64,000 bases of DNA from sequence record PZ386974.1; one strand, written 5' to 3'. The number at the start of each line of letters is the position of its first letter. Positions within the stretch are counted from its first letter, which is position 1. The notes beneath the pieces are model-generated. The model was given only the letters and a program-made list of their open reading frames with translations. It was not told where the DNA came from and did no database searches. Shown here one piece after another: positions 10,310 through 19,616 of this stretch. The DNA comes from a phage. The position numbers and the translations under genes were made by a program.

Positions 10310-10726
10310 TTATGCAGCAACCATCTGCTTTTTAATAGCTTCAGGCAGTGATTCAATATATTCTGGAATTTTAGAAGCAACAATTTCACCAGCTGCAATT
10401 AGTTGTTCGTCGGCATCAACACAGTAAAAATCTTCAAGGCGTTCAGAACCGTCTTTATCAAGAACGATTTTAGCACCTGCTTCGATAGAATCTTTATAGT
10501 GCTTACGCATCAAATGAATCCACATATCAGACACATCGTTATCAATAAAACCATAAATCATAAAACGAGTTTCTTGTGGCAAAGATTGGAGTTTTTTAGC
10601 ACTTGCGTCATCACAATGCAGGACCCATGCTTTACGAACACGATTATGGTTATGCGGGTTAGCGTCAGTACGGATAGAAGTAACTTTCAGATCAGCAGCG
10701 GTAAAACCTTTAGCAGTAGTAAACAT
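10310..10726 (-). CDS. rpbA: RNA polymerase-binding protein RpbA (by position)
   Basis: 138 aa ORF between 46 and 45, as in T4. Confidence 0.6.
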   Translation of the reverse strand: MFTTAKGFTAADLKVTSIRTDANPHNHNRVRKAWVLHCDDASAKKLQSLPQETRFMIYGFIDNDVSDMWIHLMRKHYKDSIEAGAKIVLDKDGSERLEDFYCVDADEQLIAAGEIVASKIPEYIESLPEAIKKQMVAA

Positions 10727-10738
10727 ATTATTTCTCTC

Positions 10739-10939
10739 TTATTCGTAGAAGTCGGTAACTGTCCATGCGGAATTGCGATTAGACATTATTTTATTATACT
10801 CATCTTTAAAAGCAGATTTGAGCATTTGTTCAGTAACAATATGTTCTTCACCTGAAAACGTATTGGTCAAAACATATTTTTTAATTTCAGGGACAACGAG
10901 AAGATGTTGGCCAGTTGAATACTCCATGTTGTTCTCCAT
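10739..10939 (-). CDS. hypothetical protein (66 aa)
   Basis: Small ORF in minus-strand array between 46 and rpbA. Confidence 0.45.
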   Translation of the reverse strand: MENNMEYSTGQHLLVVPEIKKYVLTNTFSGEEHIVTEQMLKSAFKDEYNKIMSNRNSAWTVTDFYE

Positions 10940-10981
10940 TTAATTTGATGTGGTCATTATAACCACATCGTGTTAAAGCGT

Positions 10982-12670
10982 TTATGAAACAGTCATTACA
11001 GTAAATCGTCCAACTTTGCTCATCCGAAGATGTTGTCCATAACGTTGAGGGTCATGGTCTCGATGAGAGATAATGAACACATTAGTATTTTGTAAACTTC
11101 CAAGAATGGTATCTATAGCCTTAACAGCCTCAGAATCGACAGCCCCGTCAAAAACCTCATCAAGAATCAGAGTGTTGATTTTAACACCAGAGACCTTTTC
11201 AGCAATATCTCTCCATGTAAACAACAATGCGATATCGATACGTGCCTTTTCACCTTGACTAAATGAAGCATAACTAAAATCTTCACGACCACGTGATTTT
11301 ATAGATTCATTGAATTCTTCGTCAATAGAAAACACGTAATCAGCTTCCATGATTTTAAGATAATGGTTAATCTGCTTGTTGAACAGAGGCACATATTTTT
11401 TAATGATAGCACCTTTAATACCAGAATCTTTTAACATATCTGTGATAATACCACGATGGTATTTTTCAAGAACGATATCCGATTTTGTTTTAATGATTTT
11501 ATCAAGTTCTTTTTGAAGCAAAGCTATCTCATCGGCATGGTCGATAAATTCTGCTGAGGCTTGCTCTATTGCAGCTTTAACTTTCTTAGCTTTATCAATA
11601 GTGGCAATCATTGCTTGTTTCTTGGTATGAATATCAGATGCAAGGTCCTGTTTAGTCTTAACATTAGCTCTATATTCGTCCACTAGGACACTCAGATTAT
11701 CTCTGTGACATGTAAGTTGCTCGAATGAGTGATTACATTCGTGAAGCTTATCGGTAATCTTAGAGACAATAGGATCACCCTGGTGCAACTGTGATGCACA
11801 AGTAGGACATGTGCCACCATCATGATACATCTTAATAACTTTGTTGTATGAGTCGATTTTAGATTTAATCAAGAATGCTTCTTGTCCTATCTTGTTGAAT
11901 GCCTCAGTAGGGTCTTCATCAAGAACGATATTAAGTAGTCGCTCATTAGCTTCTTCGATTTCTGCTTTTAATGAACGAGCTTCTTTGGCTAGGTCGTCAT
12001 ACATATTCTGTAGACGCGCTACATTATCACCAGATAATTTCTTTTGACGTTCGATATTCTCGTTATAAATCTTAATTTGTTGGATAACACCATCTTTCTT
12101 GGCATCGAGAACTTGTCCCTGGGAATTAAGTTCTCGAACTTGAGACTTATTGATTTTATCCATTTCGGCGAGTGTGCCGACTTCTAAAAGGTCTTCGACA
12201 AGTTTTCTACGAGCAGGGGTGCTAAGAGCCATGAAAGGGGTATACCCTGCCGTCCCAAGCACAACGATCTGTTTAAAAGACGCGTATGACATTCCGATGC
12301 TACGTTCAAATTCTTCTTGGAAGTCACGACTGCTGGCAGATTCATCGAGACGAACACCGTCAACGGAGATTTCGAAAATATTGGGCTTTTGGCCACGTCT
12401 AATGAAGTATTTTTTATCATCGAATTCCATCCAAAGCTCAACTAAGAGCTCTTTCTTGTTCGTGCTATTAATGATTTGTCCTTTCTTAACATCACGAAAT
12501 GGTTTACCGAAAAGTCCGAAAGTAATGGCTTCTAACATCGTAGATTTACCACCGCCATTTTTACCAGTGATTAATGTCTTTTGGACTTTATCTAATTGGA
12601 TATCAATAGGATTCCCACCTACCGACATGATGTTTTGATAACGAACACGATTTAATTTAAATGATTTCAT
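10982..12670 (-). CDS. 46: recombination endonuclease subunit gp46 (SbcC/Rad50-like ATPase)
   Basis: 562 aa; Walker A GKNGGGKST near N-terminus, coiled-coil middle, C-terminal ATPase motifs. Confidence 0.9.
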   Translation of the reverse strand: MKSFKLNRVRYQNIMSVGGNPIDIQLDKVQKTLITGKNGGGKSTMLEAITFGLFGKPFRDVKKGQIINSTNKKELLVELWMEFDDKKYFIRRGQKPNIFEISVDGVRLDESASSRDFQEEFERSIGMSYASFKQIVVLGTAGYTPFMALSTPARRKLVEDLLEVGTLAEMDKINKSQVRELNSQGQVLDAKKDGVIQQIKIYNENIERQKKLSGDNVARLQNMYDDLAKEARSLKAEIEEANERLLNIVLDEDPTEAFNKIGQEAFLIKSKIDSYNKVIKMYHDGGTCPTCASQLHQGDPIVSKITDKLHECNHSFEQLTCHRDNLSVLVDEYRANVKTKQDLASDIHTKKQAMIATIDKAKKVKAAIEQASAEFIDHADEIALLQKELDKIIKTKSDIVLEKYHRGIITDMLKDSGIKGAIIKKYVPLFNKQINHYLKIMEADYVFSIDEEFNESIKSRGREDFSYASFSQGEKARIDIALLFTWRDIAEKVSGVKINTLILDEVFDGAVDSEAVKAIDTILGSLQNTNVFIISHRDHDPQRYGQHLRMSKVGRFTVMTVS

Positions 12671-12921
12671 ATGTATTCTCTTCGAATGAAGTCCTCTACA
12701 TATTTTAACATGTCATCTCTATCAGCAAAATATTCATCTAGTTCTGCATACATAACAACACCTGGCGCGTACTCACAGGTAACATACATTGTTCCAAAGA
12801 AACTAGGAGTTGATTCCTCGTAATTCTCAGTCCATTCAACGATACCAATATAACCGTCACCAATACTAAATTCATGACGATGGATTTCATAATCAGTCTT
12901 CGTCATTATACGCATCCTCAA
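12667..12921 (-). CDS. hypothetical protein (84 aa)
   Basis: ORF between 47 and 46, coupled start/stop. Confidence 0.5.
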   Translation of the reverse strand: MRMRIMTKTDYEIHRHEFSIGDGYIGIVEWTENYEESTPSFFGTMYVTCEYAPGVVMYAELDEYFADRDDMLKYVEDFIRREYI

Positions 12922-13150
12922 TACACGCTTCAGCCATTTTAAGAATAGAGCCAGGAGTATCGTTGTCCATTATATTAAAGCTAAATTCAATAGCCCAGTC
13001 GGTGCAGACATGAACTGCTTTAACTTCATTGCCTTCAACGCGTAATGGCTCAATCCAATACTTGATAGTGTTCTCGAATCCATCATCATCTTTAACGTCA
13101 ATTTCAACTTCAAGGTTGAGTCCAGCATTGTTAAATTCATCTAAAGTCAT
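12893..13150 (-). CDS. hypothetical acidic protein (85 aa)
   Basis: ORF between 47 and 46. Confidence 0.5.
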   Translation of the reverse strand: MTLDEFNNAGLNLEVEIDVKDDDGFENTIKYWIEPLRVEGNEVKAVHVCTDWAIEFSFNIMDNDTPGSILKMAEACIEDAYNDED

Positions 13151-14166
13151 TGTGTTGCCTCGATATAAAGTTCGTTGGAATATTTGACCAGCGCTTCTCT
13201 GTCTTCGTCTGAGATATCTGGAATCGCGTCAATATATTCTTTAATGATATCTTGAAGTGATTTAATCTCTATTTCCTGGTCGTCATCAGATTCAACACTG
13301 TTATCAACTTTAGAAACCATACGAAGAGAGTGAACTACTTTTTCAAGTTCAGATTCAAACTTAGTCAACTCTGAATCGATTTCTGATACTATAACACGTA
13401 CGGCTAGATTAGTATAATCAGAATAATTGATTTTGCCTTTAAACGGATAAGTGATTCGTCGATGCCATGTTGTTTCATTAGGAATAAATTCCATACGTTC
13501 AACATCAGTGTCAAATACCCAGAATCCTCGAGGGTCGTTCTCATCGCCTGCAGTAAGGGTCCATGGTGTCCCAATATATTTGACGTTAGCAGCTTCAGAG
13601 ATTGTGTGGAAGTGGCCGGACCAGACTTGTTTATAGGTCTTTAAGAAATCAGGTTCAAGCCCATGAGACTTCATTCCTTTATAGAAATAAAAGCCATTCA
13701 GTTCCCAGTGCCCAACACAATACGCTGCGGAAGAAGTCTTGATGTGCTCTAAGATTTCACCTGTATTTTCTTCACACATCCATGGAACGATATCAATCAG
13801 ACATCCGTCAAAATCTACAGTAGTTGGATGTTCATAAATAGTAAAGTTTTCAAATTGAGTTAACAATTCAGAAACAGTGTTAGGTGTTATTGTATTCTTA
13901 AACGCCATGTCATGGTTTCCTATCGTGACATGAACGTGAATGCCTGCTTTAGAAATCATATCAACGATTTCACGATTGAATTCCATTGTACGATGTGTTA
14001 TTGCTTTACGGACGTCAAACCAATCACCGTACTGAATCCAAGTTTTAATCCCGTGTTTCTTAGAGTATTCAATTGCTTGTCGAATACCATCACGTTGAAT
14101 ATCTTGAACCCATGGGTCGTCTTGTTTGACTCCGATATGGAAGTCGCCTAAGTGCAAAATTTTCAT
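13147..14166 (-). CDS. 47: recombination endonuclease subunit gp47 (Mre11/SbcD-like nuclease)
   Basis: MKILHLGDFHIG phosphoesterase motif I plus GNHD motif; 339 aa. Confidence 0.9.
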   Translation of the reverse strand: MKILHLGDFHIGVKQDDPWVQDIQRDGIRQAIEYSKKHGIKTWIQYGDWFDVRKAITHRTMEFNREIVDMISKAGIHVHVTIGNHDMAFKNTITPNTVSELLTQFENFTIYEHPTTVDFDGCLIDIVPWMCEENTGEILEHIKTSSAAYCVGHWELNGFYFYKGMKSHGLEPDFLKTYKQVWSGHFHTISEAANVKYIGTPWTLTAGDENDPRGFWVFDTDVERMEFIPNETTWHRRITYPFKGKINYSDYTNLAVRVIVSEIDSELTKFESELEKVVHSLRMVSKVDNSVESDDDQEIEIKSLQDIIKEYIDAIPDISDEDREALVKYSNELYIEATQ

Positions 14167-14212
14167 ATTATTTCCTCATTAGTTAATTCATTTTATCATC
14201 CGTTTATAAAGC

Positions 14213-14237
14213 AAAAAAGGAACTCCGAAGAGTTCCT
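14213..14237 (-). terminator. putative intrinsic terminator (hairpin GGAACTC-CGAA-GAGTTCC followed by U-run on minus strand)
   Basis: Perfect 7-bp stem followed by T6 on the minus strand, upstream of gene 47. Confidence 0.45.
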
Positions 14238-14409
14238 ATCCACATAATACACCGTACAGAGGCTCATTTGAACTTTTAAATCGAATGGGCTTGTACGTAA
14301 TAGTTCCTTCGGCTTTAGCTTTATCATAAGACTCTTTAAAACGTCTCATTCTTTCTGCTTTGCCTTTACGGATTTTATCGAAATTTTCAGAAGTCGGGAT
14401 GTTCGTCAT
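14236..14409 (-). CDS. hypothetical small protein (57 aa)
   Basis: ATG-initiated ORF below the 60-aa track threshold, filling the gap upstream of 47. Confidence 0.3.
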   Translation of the reverse strand: MTNIPTSENFDKIRKGKAERMRRFKESYDKAKAEGTITYKPIRFKSSNEPLYGVLCG

Positions 14410-14448
14410 GCATAAGCACCTCTCAGAAAATGCCTAAATCAATTTCTC

Positions 14449-14670
14449 TCATCGTTTCCACCATTTCTTAACTTGAAATGAATCGACCCACACGAGTTGT
14501 TTTGGGTCTGCCTTTACAATAGGCGGACAAATTTCTGTAATAGAACCGTCGTGATATTCCTTTTCAGAAATTTTAACACAAAGAGGACCTCCCAATTTAA
14601 GGGTGAACCCTGCGTTCAGCTTCAGACGTTTAAACTTTGTTTGAACTAGCGCCATTAATGATGTCCTCAA
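14449..14670 (-). CDS. hypothetical protein (73 aa)
   Basis: ORF in the 55-47 interval where T4 has alpha-gt. Confidence 0.4.
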   Translation of the reverse strand: MRTSLMALVQTKFKRLKLNAGFTLKLGGPLCVKISEKEYHDGSITEICPPIVKADPKQLVWVDSFQVKKWWKR

Positions 14671-14953
14671 TAGCCTGACGAGTAGTAACCCACTGGATTT
14701 TAATTAACTTGTCATTGTACGGTTGTCGTAGAATATCCCGAGATTTCTTAATAGCATATTCGTAAGCTTCGAAGTTGTTTTGAATTGCTGCTTCTTGAGC
14801 ATGAGCATAAAGACGGTTTAGTTCAAAACGATTCTTTTTAAGAATCTTTTCGGATTTTTTACGTGCTTCAGCTTCATTTTTCTTTTGGATTTCTTGTAGC
14901 ATTTTAGCTACTGCATCTTCTGCTTCTTTATTTTCAATAATCTCGGTAGTCAT
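14630..14953 (-). CDS. hypothetical protein (107 aa)
   Basis: ORF in the 55-47 interval. Confidence 0.5.
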   Translation of the reverse strand: MTTEIIENKEAEDAVAKMLQEIQKKNEAEARKKSEKILKKNRFELNRLYAHAQEAAIQNNFEAYEYAIKKSRDILRQPYNDKLIKIQWVTTRQAIEDIINGASSNKV

Positions 14954-14954
14954 A

Positions 14955-15164
14955 TTATCTCATTAAATTAAAATAAAAACGTCCATCCTCTTCAATACAG
15001 AACTCATACTCAACCGGAGTCCCGTTTATTGAAAATGACACGTCATGTGGGTTCAAAGGGTCGATGTCAAAATTAATTTTAAATTCACGACCCAACAGTT
15101 TTACCAAATAAGGGATTGCTTCGTCAAAAGGTTCTTCTAAGTAGTTAGAGATGTCAATTGTCAT
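14955..15164 (-). CDS. hypothetical protein (69 aa)
   Basis: Start moved to ATG at 15164, which overlaps the gp55 stop; ORF-track start 15248 would overlap gp55 by 95 nt. Confidence 0.45.
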   Translation of the reverse strand: MTIDISNYLEEPFDEAIPYLVKLLGREFKINFDIDPLNPHDVSFSINGTPVEYEFCIEEDGRFYFNLMR

Positions 15165-15729
15165 CCTCATATAAAAAATCCAAACTAGGCGAATCGCTAA
15201 CAACTTCCTTCTTTTCAGCCCCAGGAGCTTTATAAGCGGATTCTTCATAATGCGTCATTTTATCGTAGATGTCTTGAATAAACGTTTCATCTACCAACGC
15301 TACCATATCATCGTCATGACTGTCATAGACATTATGAACGAAGTAACTATATTTCTTTGCAACTTCCTTACGTTCTTTTTTGATACGTTGGACAAAAGCA
15401 TTAAAACAAGCTCGAGTTATGTATGCATGTGGGTTATTGTACTTAGTTTCGTCGAAATTATGAAGTCCCTTAATAGAGGCTTCAATCCCATCTGCAATCA
15501 TCTCCTGCTTCCAAGACTGGGTATATCCTGAAAAGTTGAAACGTTTGGACAGGCCTTCGGCGATAAGCATAATTGCTAAACCGATGGTATCATTCTGACG
15601 AATAATTTTGTTTGGGTCTTTATTATTTAAGAGCTCCTTTTTCCACTCGATTATAGCGGCGAGAAGCTCTTTATTATTCACATAGTTATTTTTAGGTTTT
15701 TGTTCAGTCATAAGTACCTCTTGGCTCAA
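15154..15729 (-). CDS. 55: late-transcription sigma factor gp55
   Basis: 191 aa; YVNNKELL...[61 protein letters not shown] matches T4 gp55. Confidence 0.9.
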   Translation of the reverse strand: MSQEVLMTEQKPKNNYVNNKELLAAIIEWKKELLNNKDPNKIIRQNDTIGLAIMLIAEGLSKRFNFSGYTQSWKQEMIADGIEASIKGLHNFDETKYNNPHAYITRACFNAFVQRIKKERKEVAKKYSYFVHNVYDSHDDDMVALVDETFIQDIYDKMTHYEESAYKAPGAEKKEVVSDSPSLDFLYEDDN

Positions 15730-15759
15730 TTCATAGGTCTATTATATCATAATATTTAG

Positions 15760-15766
15760 AGACCTA
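15760..15766 (-). promoter_or_regulatory. possible MotA-box (TGCTTTA) of a middle promoter upstream of gene 55
   Basis: Minus-strand TGCTTTA about 12 bp upstream of an AT-rich -10-like hexamer; the flanking inverted repeat ATAGGTCT..AGACCTAT lies at 15735..15756. Confidence 0.3.
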
Positions 15767-15783
15767 TCTTAAAGCACGAGATA

Positions 15784-16053
15784 CTATCGGAGCAAACAAT
15801 AAGCCTGAAACACTTTTTCCATTAAACGTTTGAACTCATGGATATCGATATAAAACTCAGTAAGACCGGCATTATAAAGAAAATCTAAAAAGTTATCATG
15901 TGTTTCGTTATAGTCGCCTTCGTTTAATTGAGATACATGAGTTTCCCAAAAACCAACACCTTTAACGAATGGAAAATACGTGACTTTCATGAAGTTATCG
16001 ACGTAAAATTCGCCCAGCTTTTCTTCAGTTATACTGATTCGAGTTAATTTCAT
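15784..16053 (-). CDS. hypothetical protein (89 aa)
   Basis: ORF in minus-strand early array. Confidence 0.5.
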   Translation of the reverse strand: MKLTRISITEEKLGEFYVDNFMKVTYFPFVKGVGFWETHVSQLNEGDYNETHDNFLDFLYNAGLTEFYIDIHEFKRLMEKVFQAYCLLR

Positions 16054-16277
16054 TTTAGTTCCTTTGCTGCTTCAAGAGCAGCATCCAGCGAATCAAATTG
16101 GTCAACGAAATCAATATTCAACGCATCGTCAACCGTAGCATATAACCACCATTGTTTGAATTCATATTCTAGGATAAATCCAGGCCCTTCAATCTGAGGA
16201 AGACCTAGACTATTTGTACCAACTTCGTAACCAGCTAGACGCAGGTCATTAATCAAAGTTTCTGTTAATACGCTCAT
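16050..16277 (-). CDS. hypothetical acidic protein (75 aa)
   Basis: ORF with coupled start/stop. Confidence 0.5.
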   Translation of the reverse strand: MSVLTETLINDLRLAGYEVGTNSLGLPQIEGPGFILEYEFKQWWLYATVDDALNIDFVDQFDSLDAALEAAKELK

Positions 16278-16645
16278 TTTACCGCCTTAACAATTTTAAG
16301 GTCAACGAATTTTTTCTTACGTTGATTTTTCATACGACGGATAGTCTTTTCAGAGATTTCATGTTTCTGATAAGCTTTAGATTCAACACCAAATGCAGCA
16401 ACGTCAAATTCAGAAAGAATATATTGTACTAGAATTTCACGAATAGAATTACGTCCAATTTTCTGGTCGTGTTTTTGCATGATTTCGTAAAGACGGAATT
16501 CCCATGCGTCAAGAACTTGAGGAGTAACAATATTGCCAGATTCCAGAAGAGCAACAACTTTATCGAAAGCGAAAGAATTAACTACGTTTTTGATTTTAGT
16601 AGACATATTATTTTCCTCGGTTATTTTATTATCCAACGAGAGCAT
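16274..16645 (-). CDS. hypothetical protein (123 aa)
   Basis: ORF; promoter element immediately upstream. Confidence 0.5.
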   Translation of the reverse strand: MLSLDNKITEENNMSTKIKNVVNSFAFDKVVALLESGNIVTPQVLDAWEFRLYEIMQKHDQKIGRNSIREILVQYILSEFDVAAFGVESKAYQKHEISEKTIRRMKNQRKKKFVDLKIVKAVK

Positions 16646-16673
16646 TATACTCTGCTCCCAAGAGTCTGTACAC
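16636..16673 (-). promoter_or_regulatory. early-type promoter (-35 GTGTAC, 18-bp spacer, -10 TATAAT) with inverted repeat around -10
   Basis: Minus strand GTGTAC-N18-TATAAT; near-identical copy at 46042..46077. Confidence 0.5.
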
Positions 16674-16912
16674 TATTTTTTAAGCATGAAAAGTAAGTAA
16701 TTTGTATCACGTGGAGTAATATCAACACCCATATCAAAGATGCCTTTATAGATCGGGTATTTGTTTTCGGTTGTATCGAAGCTGAAACTATTTCCATCAC
16801 AACTAACAGTAATAGCATCTGTTAAAATGTCATACTCAATCCTAACAATTGAATCCCCAATTTTAACGTCGAGGTGTTTTTTGAATTTGATAAAATCTAA
16901 TTCTTGGGCCAT
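16673..16912 (-). CDS. hypothetical protein (79 aa)
   Basis: ORF. Confidence 0.5.
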   Translation of the reverse strand: MAQELDFIKFKKHLDVKIGDSIVRIEYDILTDAITVSCDGNSFSFDTTENKYPIYKGIFDMGVDITPRDTNYLLFMLKK

Positions 16913-16943
16913 GATATTTTCCTCATTTTAAGACGATAGGAAG

Positions 16944-16973
16944 ATAATAACATGTCTTCCTATCGTTGTACAT
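16944..16973 (-). promoter_or_regulatory. early-type promoter (ATGTAC-N18-TATTAT) with 8-bp inverted repeat ATAGGAAG/CTTCCTAT flanking -10
   Basis: Read directly on the minus strand upstream of ORF 16673..16912. Confidence 0.45.
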
Positions 16974-16975
16974 TA

Positions 16976-17176
16976 TTAACCGAACTTTTTAGCGCCTTTC
17001 CAGCCTTCGTACATAACTGCACAAGTCAGTAGTACAGCGTGCTGGCATTCTTTGTATTTGTAAATCCAGAACCAGCGTAAGAAGTCTTCATCCTCAACGC
17101 CGTTGAGTTTCATATTGGCAAAGAATTCGGCACGTTCTTCACGAAGCTTTTGCGATAACATAGATTCAGGATTCAT
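16976..17176 (-). CDS. hypothetical protein (66 aa)
   Basis: ORF. Confidence 0.45.
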   Translation of the reverse strand: MNPESMLSQKLREERAEFFANMKLNGVEDEDFLRWFWIYKYKECQHAVLLTCAVMYEGWKGAKKFG

Positions 17177-17400
17177 TTTGTGTTCCAGGCCCCATTTTCA
17201 TCGATGAACTTAATCCAGTCATTTACAGACCATTTAGTTGTATCACCCTTTGGATTAACATTTAAAGTATATAATCCCTGCTTAAAAAGCATTCGTTTGA
17301 TATTCATAATTTCCTCAACTGTAACGATAACATTCGTTAGCTTTACGTTTGGCTTCAGTATGAGAAGTATTATAATCATAATCTTCTTTACTGTAAACAT
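17173..17400 (-). CDS. hypothetical protein (75 aa; true start may be internal)
   Basis: ORF overlaps the 3' end of the upstream ORF by 86 nt in the ORF-track model. Confidence 0.35.
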   Translation of the reverse strand: MFTVKKIMIIILLILKPNVKLTNVIVTVEEIMNIKRMLFKQGLYTLNVNPKGDTTKWSVNDWIKFIDENGAWNTK

Positions 17401-17635
17401 CTTTTTTCAACTTACGAACTTCTTTGCGGAGTTGTCGATTCATTTCATTCTTGACTTCAGAATCAACGCCTTTCATACGTTTCCATTTATCTGAGCGGAA
17501 AATGTTTTCAACCATGTCTTTGTGGCTAACACCGTCAGGAGCTTTACGCTTACCAAAATAGTCGTAATCGCGAACTTTCAAATCTTTACGACGATATGTT
17601 TTACCCATAAGTACCTCAGAGGTTGATCGATACAA
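17315..17635 (-). CDS. hypothetical basic protein (106 aa; start may be internal at ~17608)
   Basis: Lys/Arg-rich ORF. Confidence 0.45.
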   Translation of the reverse strand: MYRSTSEVLMGKTYRRKDLKVRDYDYFGKRKAPDGVSHKDMVENIFRSDKWKRMKGVDSEVKNEMNRQLRKEVRKLKKDVYSKEDYDYNTSHTEAKRKANECYRYS

Positions 17636-17864
17636 CGCGTTTGATAAAATTCACTTCACTTACTGAAAGGTCTTTAAGACCGATTGATTCTAAACGCTGA
17701 GTAAGCGTCAACATCGGGATATAATCCCATTGAGTTTTATTTGCTTGATAAGTACGAACGCCATTAGCAATTTCAACATGCAAATCGGAAATGGTAATGA
17801 ATACCGGATGCTCGTCATTAACTTTAAGGGTTAGAACAACCTTCTTTGAATCTAAACTAATCAT
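17616..17864 (-). CDS. hypothetical protein (82 aa)
   Basis: ORF. Confidence 0.5.
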   Translation of the reverse strand: MISLDSKKVVLTLKVNDEHPVFITISDLHVEIANGVRTYQANKTQWDYIPMLTLTQRLESIGLKDLSVSEVNFIKRVVSINL

Positions 17865-18205
17865 GGCTTAATTTCCTTCGCAATTGAACAGAAGATACTA
17901 CGGTCACAAAGCATTTCACCAATTTCTGGATATTTGATTGAACGGTACCAAACATCCAGGCTTGAAACTCTGGTTATCTGTACTGCATTACCGTTGACAG
18001 AATAGTACTGGTCAACCTTAATTTCTTTATCTTCAATTGTCATTTTGTTTTCCTCTGTGGTAGATGGTGCTAATCTTAACATATCTATCGAGGATGTAAA
18101 CTGTTTTATGAAAATATTTTTGATTTGAGAGGGGCACAAGGAGATAATGAAGTGAAGATTCCAATGGATTATATTAGAAATGAGATAAAGAAGACCAGGC
18201 GGCAC
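17861..18205 (-). CDS. hypothetical protein (114 aa)
   Basis: ORF. Confidence 0.5.
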   Translation of the reverse strand: MPPGLLYLISNIIHWNLHFIISLCPSQIKNIFIKQFTSSIDMLRLAPSTTEENKMTIEDKEIKVDQYYSVNGNAVQITRVSSLDVWYRSIKYPEIGEMLCDRSIFCSIAKEIKP

Positions 18206-18209
18206 CTGG

Positions 18210-18533
18210 TCAATCTTCTATGATATCAGAGTCATATCCTAATGAAATCAAGGACTTTTTAAACTCTGCAATATTCTTTTGTTTCTTATCATTTAAAAAT
18301 ATGACAGGATAACGAATATTAAGTGAAGTGAATCCTGCACGTTTAGCAAGAGATACGATTAAAGGACGGTCATATTCAATCTTACCATTATTAGTGAGGA
18401 CTTTATAAAATGTATAAGGAGCATTGAGCTCCTTTAAAAGTTTTGTAACAGTATAACATCCTGGACAACGTCCTACTTCTTCAGGGATGCCATAGATTTC
18501 AATCTTGTTCTTTAAGTTCGAGTTTTGTTCCAC
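18210..18533 (-). CDS. nrdH: NrdH-like glutaredoxin (probable GTG start)
   Basis: KIEIYGIPEEVGRCPGCY carries a CPGC redox motif; the ORF-track N-terminal extension (to 18662) is hydrophobic junk overlapping another coding frame, so start set at GTG 18533. Confidence 0.55.
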   Translation of the reverse strand: MEQNSNLKNKIEIYGIPEEVGRCPGCYTVTKLLKELNAPYTFYKVLTNNGKIEYDRPLIVSLAKRAGFTSLNIRYPVIFLNDKKQKNIAEFKKSLISLGYDSDIIED

Positions 18534-18817
18534 GAGAAATAATTCCTTGGTAAGCCCAATAAGGAGGATTAACAGAATCCTCGCCAGAGTTTTCTTCAGG
18601 AAAATAAACCTGGATAACAAATCCAGACTCATCAAAGGTAAAATAAACCGTAGGCAGTTCACCTAACAATTCGACACGAGCATTAATTTCTTCTAGATCT
18701 CGTTCACGTCCAGCCCAAAAAACTAGGATTTAGACTACATTCATAGAAATAATAGTCATTACCGAACATATCAAAACCTTTCCAACTCTCTACCACATAC
18801 CGCTCAAAACTAATCAT
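18499..18817 (-). pseudogene. frameshift-split ORF (~109 aa if joined) upstream of nrdH
   Basis: ATG at 18817 opens a 37-codon frame ending at TGA (18704); a +1 frame with good coding character but no ATG continues from the T6 run (plus A6 at 18717..18722) to 18499. Confidence 0.35.
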
Positions 18818-18819
18818 AA

Positions 18820-19035
18820 TTAAGCCTTTTTATCAAGAACAGAATTCAGTTTATTAGTAATTTTGTCCAAACGTTCATTGAATTCGCTGGAGGATAAACC
18901 CTTTTCTGGAGAAATTAAACTAATCACGAAAAATACACCAGTAAAAGGAATAAGAAAAATAGCTCCAACTGCCATAAACAAAAAGAACGTTACAGTTGTA
19001 AGAAAATCAGCTAAACCTTTACGAAATTTATACAT
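18820..19035 (-). CDS. small membrane protein (71 aa)
   Basis: Hydrophobic stretch FLFMAVGAIFLIPFTGVFFVISLI. Confidence 0.5.
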   Translation of the reverse strand: MYKFRKGLADFLTTVTFFLFMAVGAIFLIPFTGVFFVISLISPEKGLSSSEFNERLDKITNKLNSVLDKKA

Positions 19036-19145
19036 ATTTACCCTTAATTAACTAAGCATTGATAATCATTAAACTATATTGCGAATAAAATTCTGGGCCA
19101 AAACGAAAAATCATATCATTTATAGTATCCATAATATAATTCAAT

Positions 19146-19616
19146 TTAATCATGTTTCCACACCCCATCGGTATTTGACCAAAGTCGCTGATTATCTGAT
19201 CCTCGCCACAGCTTTTTAGTCGGAAGATTTTTCTCATACTTCCCATCAATAATAACATCAACATATTTAAGCATTTCTAGTTGTTTAATATCTTCAAACT
19301 TATATCCTGTCCACAACCAAATGCTTTTATTGGGATAAAGATTTTTTACTGTTTGAACAATGCGATGAATAACATCTCGGTTATCAGGATAGAGAGGGTC
19401 TCCTCCGGTTATAGTTAATCCTTCTATATAATCATTATTCAAACATTCAATTAATTGTTCTAGTGTCTCTCCAGTGAATGGAACACCGTTTCTAGCATTC
19501 CATGTTGATTTATTATAACACCCTTCGCATTTATGCAAACAACCTGTGACGAAAAGAACGACCCTGCAACCAGGGCCATTCACAAAATCGCAAGGATAAA
19601 ATCTATCATAATTCAT
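19146..19616 (-). CDS. nrdG: anaerobic ribonucleotide reductase activating protein NrdG (radical SAM)
   Basis: Cys cluster CRVVLFVTGCLHKCEGCYN; 156 aa; adjacent to nrdD. Confidence 0.9.
   Translation of the reverse strand: MNYDRFYPCDFVNGPGCRVVLFVTGCLHKCEGCYNKSTWNARNGVPFTGETLEQLIECLNNDYIEGLTITGGDPLYPDNRDVIHRIVQTVKNLYPNKSIWLWTGYKFEDIKQLEMLKYVDVIIDGKYEKNLPTKKLWRGSDNQRLWSNTDGVWKHD

Noticed and set aside
12150-12638. 162-aa plus-strand ORF inside gene 46
   Set aside because: Antisense to gp46; no start context or motif.
18210-18662. Full 150-aa ORF-track model for nrdH
   Set aside because: The N-terminal 43 aa are hydrophobic junk from a GTG start and overlap a better coding frame; trimmed to the glutaredoxin core.
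19052-19264. 70-aa minus-strand ORF overlapping the 3' end of nrdG
   Set aside because: Alternative frame entirely within or overlapping the conserved nrdG gene.
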